Shown here piece by piece: positions 1-12,581 of a DNA stretch of 45,844 bases. Both the position numbers and the translations under genes were made by a program. The stretch is taken from contig RBNJ01000057.1 in NCBI GenBank assembly GCA_003990765.1, positions 1 through 45,844 on the forward strand, written 5' to 3'. Positions within the stretch are counted from its first letter, which is position 1. Each line of letters begins with the position of its first letter. The notes under the pieces are model-generated. The model was not told the DNA's origin, ran no database searches, and worked only from the letters and a program-made list of their open reading frames with translations. Source of the stretch: Jimgerdemannia flammicorona (lineage: Eukaryota).

Positions 1-19
1 AAAAAAAAAAAAAAAAAAA

Positions 20-1533
20 GATAGAGAAGGAGGAGAAGGAACTAACAGAAGAGGCAGAGGGAGAGCAAGCAGTAGAAGGAGCTGCAGGATGAGAGACACT
101 ACTATGGGGCAGACAGACTTTGCTGGATGCCAGTAGGTATAGTGGAGGCAACCAGAGAAGTAGTATCTAGCTAGGCCCTAGTAGGGTAAGTGTCAGAGTT
201 TTGCTATATATCTCTGGCAGGAAGAGTGATAATGTTAAATATATACTAGTTGCCTAAGCTATAGTATCTGGAGTACTACTTGGACTTTCTGGTATGAGTG
301 GTCAGATAATTATTGAAGATGGCCAGAACCTAGATATGAGTAGGGTGATAGAGTCAAATTTGTTGAGAGGTATTGATCTGATCAGTAGACTGGAGAGGCC
401 TGGGTCTGATGGATTTTTCCAAATATCTTCACTGCTTGAGAGCATGGTGGCTGAAGTGAGTGAGCAAGTTGAGAGGCAGAGAGTGGGTTCTCCTCATACA
501 GAGGGTGTAAGAGGCCCAGTTCTCTCTCTGTGGTATGACTGTAGATCTTCTATCTCTGGTGGCTTTAGAGGAGAGTCAGAGAATGTATTATAGGGATTCT
601 GGTAGGAGATGGTTGATGGGGTACACTGTATTGATCTCCACTGGAGGGGTAATGAGGGAGAGGAGAAATAGGGACTCCAGATATAAAGATAGGACTACCT
701 TCTATTGGGTGGAGTGCTAGTGGATAACTTCTGCTTAGAGGATAGCATGGAATACCTTCTGAAATATGGGAGAGATCTGTAGGCTGAGGTGTAGCAGGGG
801 GTAGAGATTGGAGAGGAGTGAGACTGAAATGGCATTTAGCAGTAGGGTAAGCAGGTGGTGAGATAGATCTCTGCTAAGTTCTGGGTGGTATAGCAGAGAA
901 TTCTATAGCATAATATAATATTGAACTACCAGACAGATCACTTGGTGGAAGGAGGTACCCAGGAGTGTGAGGAGAGTCTGAATGTTAGACAGGAGAGAGA
1001 AGAGATACAGACTTCTGAACATTGGCTAGGAGAGTGTGAGGTGATGGATGACTTTTGGAGAGAGATTGAGATGTGACTGGGGATATACTCACCAGGGTTA
1101 GTGGTAGGAGGGAGGTGAGGTGACCTCCAGAGGAGACTGGTGGAGGGGTTGGAAGATGAGTAGTTGATATTAAGATGGGTCTTGGTGATTTGAGTTGAAC
1201 TTACAGAATATTAGCTATATGTATTTGAGGAAGATTAATGGTTGATGTTAAGAGTGAGAGTAGCTAGATAAGAGTGGCTGATGATGGATATTTTGAATGG
1301 GTGGTAGAGGGGTGGGGGTGCTGGTGGAGGGTATCAGAGACAATTGGTAGAGACAATCTATAAGAAGAGTGGGGAGAGGATTGGAGTAGCAGTAGGATCA
1401 GCAGTATTTTGGAAATATAATGAGAGAGAGAGGGAGTTTCTGATTGAGATTGGGTGAGGGGCTCATTTATATTAGTATATTATAAATGGTTTAGTAATAA
1501 AGTAGAAGTTCTTATGACTATAAAAAAAAAAAA
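20..1533 (+). mobile_element. 3' fragment of a decayed L1/Tx1-like non-LTR retrotransposon (ORF2 C-terminal part plus poly(A) tail)
   Basis: Collinear with 10900-12394 and 29000-30520. Retains EHWLGEC (GAACATTGGCTAGGAGAGTGT ~1017) and the terminal ..IG* codons, then AATAAA and GACTAT(A)n at ~1495-1533. Many TAG/TAA stops at former TGG/CAG codons. Confidence 0.85.
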
Positions 1534-1717
1534 GAGATAATAATCTAACTTTGAGAAATTATAGACTGGAGCTAAGCCCAATATATCACATTTATATATT
1601 TAGATATGATATATATATTCTTGATAAAAGCAATACCAATTAGTATAAGTTCAAGCTAAAAGTCAGTAAGTATATATTTTTTAAATATTCTAATAAGACA
1701 TATTAATTCTGGGATCT

Positions 1718-3552
1718 TTTTTTTTTTTATAGTTACTTGGACTCTGCCATTTATTACCATCTAATCAATATAAATACAATACTCCCTCCCACTATCCAAT
1801 CCCTCTAGGGGGCCTCCCTCTGATATCTTTATACTTGAACACCATCTTATCACCTACTACCCCAACCCTCCCCACACTCTGCCCACAAATTTTCTCCACT
1901 AAGTGATGTCTCTGACCATTCTGCAAACAACATCTCTGCCACCAGCCCATCAAGACATCCTCCATCAACCCTTCCCACCACACCAGCTGCTTCTCTAACC
2001 CCAAATGCCTCTCTTTCTCAAAAACAAATAGCCAGTGACTTGTCAGCCCCATCTATATAGCCAAAGCCCAGCCCAGAGTAAGCCACTCCTTATCAATCTC
2101 TCTCACCAATCTATCTCTCAGATTCTCCCATTGACCTCTCTCACTATCTCTCCTCCTTATAATATTCAAATGATTTCTAACTACAAATCAAAAGTCACTA
2201 AGTATCTTATACTCTCTTAGCCAATGTTCTGGCATCTGTACAAACTCCCCTTTCTGTCTTACATTATAACACTCCTTACAGTCAAAGTTACCCCCCACCA
2301 CCAGGTTGTCTGAGTAAAAGTTGAGCATGATATTCCTTCACAGTATACACTACCACACCACCTAGTACCTAGATAACATCTATTGCTATATCTCTGCACT
2401 CTAGGTCCAGACCCCATTTCAATCCCACTCCTTACCAATACCCACTGTCTATCACCTACTAGGCCAAACATCCTGTCACTGACACTCAACCCCATTAAAA
2501 ATATCAAAGTCAATTAGAGGAGTATCTCCCAACAGCACTTAATCCCACCTCCATATTGTTGGACCCCAAGGCATCTCTCCTTCAGCCTCCTGCCAGTATA
2601 TACTGATGTGGTGTATCCCATCAACTATCAGAATCCCCTATATAATATGTGCCTACTGTTTGAAAGCCCAACCAAGGACAGTAGATCTCCTATAGAGCCT
2701 CTTGGCAAGAACCTCCTCTCTCAGATCTTCATCAATAGAGGACCCCAACTACCACTTCTCAGTTCTATTGCTCTCTTCAGCCACCATGCTCACAAATAAT
2801 ACAGCTTCTTTAGAAAGTCAACCAGCTCTAGGCCTTTTCTAGCCACCAGTAGTAATAAGATTTTCCAACTAATCTGACTCCTTTTCCTAGCCTAAATCCC
2901 ATCTTTGGCCATCTTCAATAACTTCTTCATCACCTAGATCAGAAAATTCAGATGATATACCAAATACTATAGCTTAAATAGCCAGTAGATATTCAAAATT
3001 GAAACATATCCTGCTAAGGATAAGTGGTGGCCTCTCCAACTTCACAGAGTCTCTCCCCAGATAGTCACTTACTGCTCCCACTAAGTTCATGGTAGAACTG
3101 ACCCATATACTGAAATATAGATATCTAAGTACCTCACAGCTTCACTAGTAGTAGTACTTTCAATGAATCGAATTGAATTGAATTGAACCCAAATTCGATT
3201 TGATTCAAAAACTTCGAATTGAATTGAGGCCCAATTCAATTTGAATCAATTCAAATTGAGGTCCAATTCGATTTGAGGTCTGATTCAAACTCTATTTTTA
3301 GAAATTAAATAACTCGACAAATACACATCTAAATTCAATGATCTTTAGCTTGTTAGATTCCTATTATATAGGGGAATCTAATAAGCTAAGTATCATTAAA
3401 TTTGGACATGTACTAGTCAAGTTATTACATTTCTAAAAATAGGTTTCAAATTGGACTCTTAATTTGATTTGAATTGATTCAATTCATTTGGGAGCACTAA
3501 CCAGTAGAGACAATTATTCCAATAACATTACCTCCCACCAGAAAATTGCCTA
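1718..3552 (-). mobile_element. 5'-truncated L1/Tx1-like LINE with a 17-bp TSD
   Basis: Poly(T) then ATAGTTACTTGGACTC, the reverse complement of the family 3' end. ORF 1792-2052(-) ends RGRPPRGIG, matching the ORF2 C-terminus. TSD TATTAATTCTGGGATCT (1701-1717) vs TATTAACTCTGAGATCT (3553-3569). Confidence 0.88.
3152..3499. mobile_element. 348-bp palindromic (foldback) MITE, hAT-type
   Basis: Left end TAGTACTTTCAATGAATCGAA is the degenerate inverse of right end TTCAATTCATTTGGGAGCACTA. 8-bp TSD ACTAGTAG (3144-3151) vs ACCAGTAG (3500-3507). Arms pair inward to the centre CCCTATTATATAGGG (~3359-3373). The LINE sequence is continuous across the insertion. Confidence 0.8.
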
Positions 3553-5935
3553 TATTAACTCTGAGATCTATAAAAGTATTATATTATAATCTCATAAGAC
3601 ATACAGTTCAATAAAAAAGAAAATAATAAGGAGATTCATATGGATATATCTATCTCAACCTCTACTTCAACCTCTATATCTCAGTTAATATAAATATAAC
3701 AACTAGTATAAATCTCTCCAATAAAGTAAAATTATTTTCAACTGCTATACATATCTGAGCCAGAGTTGTCTGAGTCAAGAATAATAGAGATTAAGGATAA
3801 TGAGACTTCTAATAATAAAAAGTCTATTGAAGATAAGAAAAAGCAAAAGTATAAGCTCAGGAATGAGACTTATTCCAATTTAGAAAATTATTGAGATACA
3901 CTAGCAAACTCTATATAATAATATAAGAACTTTATAAGCTATGTTAAAATATATAAATATATATTTATTATAACTTCTAGTAAGCTAAATATATCTAATA
4001 AAGTGATAATTTCTCCTAATAACAAGAGATAGAAACAAGTCATGAATGAAGAATATAATTCACTTATTGAGAATAGTGTATAGGATCTAGTATCTCTTCT
4101 GACTAATAAATAAGTCATGAAATCACCTGAGTTTATAAAATAAAGTACAAAAGTAATAGAAGTATAAGATGGTATAAAGCTTATTTTACTTTTAAGAGTT
4201 ATTCACAAAATTATAATATAGACTAGGATGAGACATTTTCACTAATATTGTATATTACTTTACTAAGAATACTTCTTATAATTAGTGCTATATATAATCT
4301 AGAAATCTATCAAATAGACATAAAGATAACCTTTTTTAATAGTGATATACATAGATATGAAGCTATATATTTACTAGCTATAAGAATACAAATTATACAA
4401 TAGTCAGAACAATAATCTTATATATAAACTATATAAATAATTATATAGTATCAAGTAAGCAGTCTGTTTGTAGAATAGAAAAATTAATAAATATCTCCTT
4501 AATAATAGCTTTAAGTACTGTAAAGTAGATAACTGTATATATATATATTTAATACTATACTGATGGAATTATATTCATAGGTATATGGATGGATGATACA
4601 ATTATCATTATAATGAAAAACAGATTTAATAGAGTTAAAGATAACCTATTTAAGAAATTTAGGATAATAGATATAGATAATACATTCTTTCTTTTGGAGA
4701 TATCTATTATATATAATAGAAGTATATATACTATATACCGCTCATAGTCAACTTATATCTAAGTCATTCTTAAACAATTTAATATGAATAAATATAAGTC
4801 AGTAAATACTTTTATAAAAACTCAGTAAAGTTAAAAAAACCTAATACTATACTAGAGATAATGCCAATATTCTCTATTAGTAAATAGTTAGTTTTCTTAT
4901 ATATATATCTTATACTAAGATTGAGGCTCAATATATATATATTTTATATATACTATAAATAAGATATTGTATACTCATTTTACTATAATAATTTATATTA
5001 AAGTACTATTAAGAAGATTTTTAGATATATTAAAGATATAGTATATTATATACTCACTCTTAGCAGATTAAGCAAAAGTAATGATAATAAAGATAAGAAT
5101 AATAATATATAACTATCTGATATATATATATATAATACTAACAGAGCTGGAGACTTAGATGATTATTAATCTATAACTAAATACTTTTAATTAAATAATA
5201 AAGAAGTTATATTATAACAAATATATAAGCAGAGCTCAGTAATAATATCATCTATATAAGCAGAGTATTAAGCATTATTCATAATAAATAAAGAAGCTAT
5301 TTAGCTTTATCAGCTATTAAAGAAACTTAGCTTTGATCAGAAATAGTACTTAATACTCATTTATTAGAATAATTAGTCTATAATTACTATGACCAAGAAT
5401 ACTATTTATTATAACAAAACTAAACACATTGATATATAATACTATTATATAAAAAAATATATAAAAAATAAAAATATATACTTAGAATATATTTCCACAG
5501 AGCATCTGATTATATATTTACTTACTAGAGCTCTTCTGAGATCTAAATTTAAGTAATATACTAAAGAAATCGATCTTATAGTAAACTATATACATACTAG
5601 CAATAGAAATATATACTAATAATGGATAATTATGAGATATTTCATAATGAAAAAGAAGTAGAAAAATAATACATTATATCTTTCTGTATCTCTCTCTCTT
5701 TAAGTATTATTTACTAGTTATTCTTCTTTTTTTTCTTCTATATTTGAGATTTTCTATCACTGAGATCTATTTATATTCTTTATTTTTACTATAGTTTCTT
5801 ATGCTTTAAATATATATAGATAGTATTCTTTTAGTACATTTATAGTTATTTTACAGTTATTGCTTAGTTTTATTATATTCTTATATTCCTATTTATATTA
5901 TATTTATTCTTACATATTATCTCATTGAGCAGAAG

Positions 5936-6089
5936 TAATGAAACTCTCATTATTATATATCTCAATAATGTACTCTAGGTATTTGATTCTTTATAACTAT
6001 ATTATCTTTGAGCTATATTACTCAATGTATTAAAATGTGAGCAATCATCAAACAATATTACTTTTTTTCCTCTACTTCATATTTCAATA
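5936..6089 (+). repeat. Degenerate 3' LTR of the copia relic
   Basis: Follows the PPT. Begins TAATGAA (from TGTTGAA-like) and ends TTTCAATA (from TTTCAACA). Confidence 0.55.
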
Positions 6090-6609
6090 AAGATATAATA
6101 TACACAATTTTATAAATATAAGAATCCTAAATTTTATACTCAAAAGAAACTTATAATTATAAGAATCTTATAGATATAAAGATCTTATGATTATAAAAGA
6201 TAACTTATAGAAAAAGAAGTTCTAACTTAACTACTATATAGCTAATAAATAATATATAAAAATCTCTAATATCTAGAATAAATAAATCTGAAATCAAAAT
6301 ATTTTAAAAGTAAAGAGACAAAGAGAACTAGAAAGCTTATAAGTAGATATATTTCAAACTTATCTATTCCTATATTTCTGAGAACTCTGAGGAGTCAAAG
6401 ATGATTAAGTATTCAGAATAAGGAAATCTATTATACTTGTTAGAAAGAGGGGTGAAGAAGTGATTTATTTAAAAATATATATATTGCATATTTTATATAT
6501 TACTAATGAATGACATAATACTAACAACATCTCTCTCTGGTACCAATTAGGTTACACAACCTTTAGAAGGCACTTACAACATCATTTTTGGAGAAAAGAA
6601 ACTAACAAC

Positions 6610-8633
6610 ATGGTGACTGATAAGCAACCTGAGGTATGTACCAGGCAGGGTGGCCCAAGCACTTTCGAATGGTAGCAGGTGGGGAGGGGCCTGGGCCTGG
6701 AGTGGGGCATGAGGGGGCTGCTGGCAGGAGGACATGGAAGGAGTAGAGATAATGGTGGAGGCCAAGGGTCTGGGAGGGTGAGCTTTGTGGAGATAGTGAA
6801 GGAGAGGCAGCAGGTATTAGAACTGGAGGGCTGACTGAGGAAGGGCAAGGAGACTGAGAAGGAGGTAGTGTGTGGGGGAGTAGCCCTTGGAAGGGGGAGC
6901 AGTGGAGCTGGGGGAGTAGTGGCTAGGGGGAGTGTGACTGCTGATGGAGATGGAACTGCCAATCTGGAAAAAAATCCAGATGTGATGGCTGATGGTGAGG
7001 CTGAGCAGCTGAGGCTTTGAAGACAAGGAGATTTGGTGGATGGTGTGATAGACCTGGCAGTGCCCCATTACTCAAGAAATCAATCTTAGCATTCATGATT
7101 ACACTGTGCTTCTGGGGCTTAGCAGTGACAGCAAAAATGGTGCTGGGGCTTATCGCTAAGCAGGTGGCAGGAGCAGCATCAGTGAAGTTTTTGAAGGGAC
7201 TGGAGGGTGTGGAAGTGGGTTTTGAGGAGGTGGAGCTGCTGGAGGAGGCACTGAAGGTAGGGTTGGTAGTTGGGGAGGTGTGTGTTCCAATGACATGGTG
7301 CTTGAAATAGGATCTGAGGGTGGTCCAACTGCTAGTGAAAGGAGTGCCTACAGTGATGGTGGGGGAGACAAGAAAGAGAGTTGAGAAAGTCATGGCAGAG
7401 TATAGAGAGGTGGTGGATATCAGATTCAGGGTCTGGGAAGGGACCTTGCTCAGGACTGGAGACATGGATGTGAGAATTCAGCTGGCTGGGAAAGAAGCTA
7501 CCAGGAAGGTGAGGGACTGGCCTTCAGTGATAGTCTGGGGAGCAATCTTGTGCAAGGTGATGAGGGTGAAGAGAAGTGAGGAGGAGGAAGAGGATTTATT
7601 GAAAGTGCTCAAAGAATTGAGTAGTGCTGTGAAGTGGCGAGCCAAGGCTTGGAAGGTCTTTGTGGAGTCGATGCACTTAAAGGTGGTGGATGGAAAGCAG
7701 ATTCGGGTAGATAAGGTGTAGTGGGAAAGAGCTCAGGGGTGTAAGAGATAGAAGGATCTACTGGCTAAACTGGGTGGCAGACCACTGGAGGATGCAAGCA
7801 AGATGACAGATATGGAGGGGGCCAAAGTGAGTGCCTGGGCTAGCGAGAGGGGTGGGAATGCCAGGAAGGAGACAGGGAAGGAGAAAGAGGTAAAGGTTAA
7901 TGATCCGTACACTGATGGCACCTTTGAGGTTTGGGAGGAGGCCTGGGAGGACTCCCTCACTCCTTCTCCTCTTATCAGGCAAGGCCCAGCTTCCTGAAAC
8001 AAGATAGTGGAGGATGTGACAATGCTGGGAGCCCAATAGATGAAATTTGGAGTTCCAGAGGTGATAAATGGGAGACATGTAGTGGAGGCTGGAGAGGAGG
8101 AACTGGTGGATGTCCCAGAGGTGTGGGATGAGGCTACAAGTGTTGGAGCTGACACCATAATGATGGATGGAGGGAGGCCAGCAACCCCTGGAGGGAAGGA
8201 GGTGGGAAACCTACTCTGGATATATAGGATGATGAATAACCTGGCAGCAGAAGAGTTGGGGGAGGTGGACTTGCAATTGATGAGTGATGAGCACTGGGCA
8301 CAGATATTGAAAGGAGATGGAGTGATGATGGCACTGAAGGCAGAAATTCTTATGGTGTATCTGGAGGAGGAAGGGTATGAAGTGGACAAGGAGCAGGAGG
8401 CAGAGATGGCAGTTGTCACTAGGGAGAGGGCTGAATATTGCTGGAACAGGTGTCATGAATTGCAGCTTTGGCAGGAGGCTTATATTGAGTACCGAGAGGA
8501 GTTTGAGGAGATGGCAGATAGGGAAATGAATGAGCTGTTGGCTGGATTGGAGGCTCAGAGGGCTGAAGAGGAGGAGGTGATGGCAGAACATAATCTGGAC
8601 ATGGCACAGAAGGAGATGAATATGGAGCAGTAG
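6610..8633 (+). pseudogene. LINE ORF1 (gag-like; possible RRM-like core, acidic helical C-terminus)
   Basis: ATG at 6610. ORF fragments 7017-7310, 7320-7721, 7803-7997 and 8040-8633 share one frame. Homologous to 24832-26740. Confidence 0.75.
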
Positions 8634-8651
8634 AGATCGACTGATAACAAA

Positions 8652-11600
8652 ATGTATTTCATGATGAACAGTACAACCAACATTTTTTCTTTGAACATGA
8701 ATGGGTTATGGGGCACTGTTAGATGTAGGAACATTTTTACTTAGCTGAAGAGATTGGGGGCTGATCTCTTCCTCTTACAGAATATCAGGTGTGAGGATGA
8801 TTCTGATAGGATGGAATGGACAAAGGAATGGGGAGGCATGGCAATTTGGAAAGGCAAGGTTGGAATTCTGGTTTGAAAGGACAGAGGGGAGTTAAGTGAT
8901 GTGAGGAGCTGGGGGGAGAGGCTGGTCTGGGGTGAGTGGATTCGTGCAGACTGGGAGCCAGTTACAGTTGGCTCCTATTACTGCCTTACTGTACAGGGTG
9001 AGCATATAGATTGGGTGAAGGGTCTCCAGGAGAGTGGAATCCTTGCAGAAGCTGGGGTGGATATGCTTGGGGGAGATTTCAATATGGTTCGGGATATACT
9101 GATGGATAGAACAGATGGAGGATGGGGTGCTGAGAGCAGGAGTGGGGGACTGGCAACGTGGGAGGAAGTAGAAAGACTCAGTGCACTGGTGGATGCTGGT
9201 AGGGAGTACTGGGGGGATAGGAGGGTTTATACACATTGGGCTGGGGGCCTGGGGACCAGGATTGACTGGATTCTGACAGCCAGCTGCTGGGGCTGAGATG
9301 TTTGGAAGTTGCTGGAAGTGGAGTGGTGCCCATGGTCAGATCACTGGGGCCTTTTGGGACAGGGGTGCTTTGGGGGAAGTGGGGACATTGGCACCTCAAT
9401 TCCTCTTTGTTAGATGACAAGTCCTGGTAGAATGAGTGGGCTAAAGACATTCAGCTGAGGGTGGAGATCTGGTGACAGGAAGGTACCTCAATTGGGGTTC
9501 AGTGGATGAGGATGAAAGAGATGGCCAGGATTTACTAGAGTGAGGCTGGCAAGAAGGCAGGGAAGCAGAGAAGGCGAAGAGTGCAGTGGGCTTCTACTAG
9601 ATTGACTTGGCTTCTGGAGGAGTGGGTGAGACTGGCAATATTGGAGAGAGAAGAAGATTGGAGAGTAATAAGGGCAAAGATGGAGGTTAGGGAACTACAA
9701 CAGGTGCTATGGGAAGAGAAGAGGCAAGGGTGCAAAGCTTGGTAGCATGGCTTCATTGGCAGATGCTGGAGGATGGAGAGAGGCCTTCCTGGTTTCTCAC
9801 AAGGGTTCTTAGAGCAAGGAGGGTACAGCAACGATGGGAAGGGGTACTGGACTCGGATGGGGTACTAGTGCATGGATTGCAGGACATTCTTGGATCATTG
9901 AAGGAGTGATGGAGCAGTTTGTGGAGTGAGGAGGAGGGTGGGGCAGATGCTGCTACCATTGATCAAATATTGGAGAATTGGTACCCACTATAGGTAAAAG
10001 GGCTAGGTGACCTGGTAATGCTTATAAAGGAGGATGAGATCTACCAGGTTCTTGCCGTGATGACTCTGGGTATGGCACCTGGGGAGGATGGTCTGTCCTG
10101 GGACTTCTGGAAGCAAATGGTTAGAGTCCCAGATGTGATGGGAGAGATGATAGCATTGTGTGACTCTATATTACAGACAGGGAGATGGGTGGGTGAGCAG
10201 GATCTTGGGCTGGTGATGCTGCTTTATAAGAATAAAGGAAGGTGAGAGGATTGGAAGAACTGGTGGCTGATAATGTTGCTAGATATGGACAGAAAGTTGG
10301 TGACTAAGGTAGTGGTTGCAAGGCTATAGAAGGTGGCACAGCAAGTCATTGGTGTTGAGCAGAGGGGATTTGTGGGTGGTTGGCTCATTAGAGATGGCAC
10401 AGCCTGGGTATATGGAGTTATTGAAGAGGCAAGAGCCAGTAGACTGGATGGGCATCTAGTCTTCTTAGACCAGGAGAAGGCTTATGACTGGATACACCAA
10501 GTCTGGCTGATGAAGGTATTGGATAGAATGGGGGTTCTGTGCCAATTTTGGTCAGCAATGGTCAGCCTACTGGAAGGGAGTAGGGCTGCCATCATGTGTA
10601 ATGGACATAGAGGGATAGCATTCCCCCTGGGTAGGGGGGTGCCCCAGGGGGACCCACTGTCCTCCATTTTGTATGCTCTTTCCCTGGAACCTCTAATGGA
10701 CAGAATTAGGCAGAGGGTAGCAGGGCTCTCTATCTATGGAATTGAGTGGAAAGTTGGGACCTTTGCAGATGATATGGTAGTTGGTTTGAGATCGATTACT
10801 GATGTTGAGGAGCTCAAGAAGATAGTGGAGTGGTATGAGGAAAACTCTGGGGCTAAGTTGAATTGACACAAGTGTGAAACAATAGTGCTAGGCAATAGTC
10901 TGGTGGGAGGAGAAGTTATAGGAACAATCGTCCCCACCAGTGAGACAGTGTGGTATTTGAGCATTTATTTGTTGGTCTATGAGTCAGTTCTGACCAGGCT
11001 TTGGTGGGAGCAGAGGATTGGAATCTGGGAGGAGGACCTGCAGGGTTGGGGGGGAAGACAAATTTCTCTGGTGGGATGGGTTATGATTTTGAATGTCTAT
11101 TGGCTGCCAAAGCTGTGGTATCTGGCTTATCATCTGGACTTCCCAGCCTGGGTGGTGAAGAGATTGGTGAAGGTGGCAAAGGGATGGATTTGGGCTGGCA
11201 GACAGAGTCAGATTGGTTGGGAGACCTTGTCTCTACTGGTGGAGAGAGGGGGTATTGGGCTGGTGGACTTTCCCAAGTGATTATACTGCTTGAGGGCATA
11301 GTGGCTAAAGAGGGCAGTGGAGCTGTGAGGAGGTGGTTGGGTTCTCCTGCTACAGAAGATCTGGGAGAGGCAGACATTGCTGAGAGACTCAACTGGCAAT
11401 CTCCTCTCATTGGTTGGACTTCAGAACACTAAACTATTACAATATAAAGGATTCTGGTGGGGATAGCAGAGGGGGTGCACTACATTAGTATTCGCTAGCA
11501 GGGGAATGAAGGAGAGGTGGCTTGGGACCTGGTGATATGGAGATGAGATAGTATACTACTGGGTGGTATTCCTTTAATTGAGTTCGACATTGGTAATGGA

Positions 11601-12308
11601 ATGAAATGCCAAAGGGGACCAGGCCAGGATCTATGGCCTAGCAGTTGGCAAGGAGTTAGAATTGGAGAGGAGTGGGACTGGCAAGGTGTTTGGACCTGGA
11701 GTGCTGCAGTACATCAGTGGATGCCGCCAAAGTACTGGGTAGTCTGGTGGTACATACTGAGGAGGAATATAATGCTCAACTTTTGCTTAGGGCACCTAAT
11801 TATAGGGAGTTGCTTCAACTGTGAGGAGTGCCTTAATGTAGGGCAGGAAGAGGGCTTTGTACAGATACCAGAACATTGGCTAGGAGAGTGTGAGGTGTTG
11901 GGGGACTTTTGGAGGGCTATTGGGGACCACTTGGGGGTGAGGTGTAGGAGAGGTGAAGTATGGGGGAGGTGGGAGGACTTGAGGGATCAATTGGTAGGGG
12001 GGGTAGGAAAGGAATGGCTTACCTTGGGCTGGGCATTGGCCATTTGGGTGGGGCTGGCCAGTCACTGGCTATTTGTATTTGAGGATGGGAGAAGACAAGG
12101 CTTGGAGAGCCAGTCATTGCAGTGGCAGAGTCTTATGGAAGATACCTTGACAGGCTGGTGACTTGGTTGGGGGCTGCAGAGTGGGCGGAGGTACCACTTG
12201 GTAGAGAAAATCTGTAGACAGAGTGGTGGAAGAGTTGGAGTCATTGGTGAGAGAGTGATCTTTATTCATGAGGAGGTAGAGGGAGACTCCTCTATGGGGA
12301 TTGGGTAG
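8652..12308 (+). pseudogene. LINE ORF2: APE endonuclease, reverse transcriptase and C-terminal zinc knuckle
   Basis: Endonuclease motifs SLNMNGL, GGDFN, TRIDW, SDH. RT motifs APGEDGL, EQRGF, LDQEKAYD, GVPQGDPLS, FADD. C-terminal CEEC..EHWLGEC. Stops and frameshifts are present. Confidence 0.93.
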
Positions 12309-12523
12309 TAGGTGGTGATAATGTATACTTATTCATAGACTGGTAATAAAGATGGAGTCCGAGTGACTATAAAAAAAAAAAAATAAAAAAAAAAAATGAC
12401 ATAATTCTGATAGAATAGTATGTAGCATAAAGATACATACCTATATATCAAGTTGCCATCTCAACACTTCTGCTCAAGGAGATATGTATACTAAAATAAA
12501 ATAAAAAAAAAATCAACTATATT

Positions 12524-12524
<1 letters not shown>

Positions 12525-12580
<56 letters not shown>
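12525..12580 (+). repeat. Poly(A) tract of about 56 nt
   Basis: Seen directly; lies in the 3' untranslated part of the minus-strand copia. Confidence 0.9.

Positions 12581-12581
<1 letters not shown>

Larger units (their letters stand above)
1534..6089 (+). mobile_element. Heavily mutated Ty1/copia relic (integrase C-terminus, RT, RNase H, PPT, 3' LTR), interrupted by a LINE at 1718-3552
   Basis: 1550-1717 reads (W)TGAKPNISHL, then a KCIFLGYS-like motif, and resumes at 3570. RT motifs: MNEEYNSLIEN (~4042), DETFS (~4227), IYQIDIK (~4305), WMDD (~4585). RNase H motifs: AEY (~5261), KTKHIDI (~5417). PPT GAGCAGAAG at 5927-5935. Confidence 0.8.
6523..12394 (+). mobile_element. Full-length (~5.9 kb) L1/Tx1-like LINE, inactivated
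   Basis: ORF1 and ORF2 (APE endonuclease, RT, CCHC) followed by poly(A) from ~12371. TSD of about 14 bp, AATGACATAATACT (6509-6522) vs AATGACATAATTCT (12395-12408). The 5' end ACAACAT is shared with the second full-length copy. Confidence 0.92.

Noticed and set aside
3160-3290. CRISPR-like or satellite reading of the GAATT repeats
   Set aside because: There are no constant repeats with unique spacers and the context is eukaryotic. They are explained as MITE subterminal repeats.
6574-12244. Many Pro/Ser-rich minus-strand ORFs, also at 24846-30492
   Set aside because: They are antisense shadows of the G-rich LINE coding strand, with no independent motifs.
12525-12580. Long poly(A) as an independent retroposed insertion
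   Set aside because: No TSD or LINE 3' motif adjoins it, and homopolymer length may be an assembly artefact.
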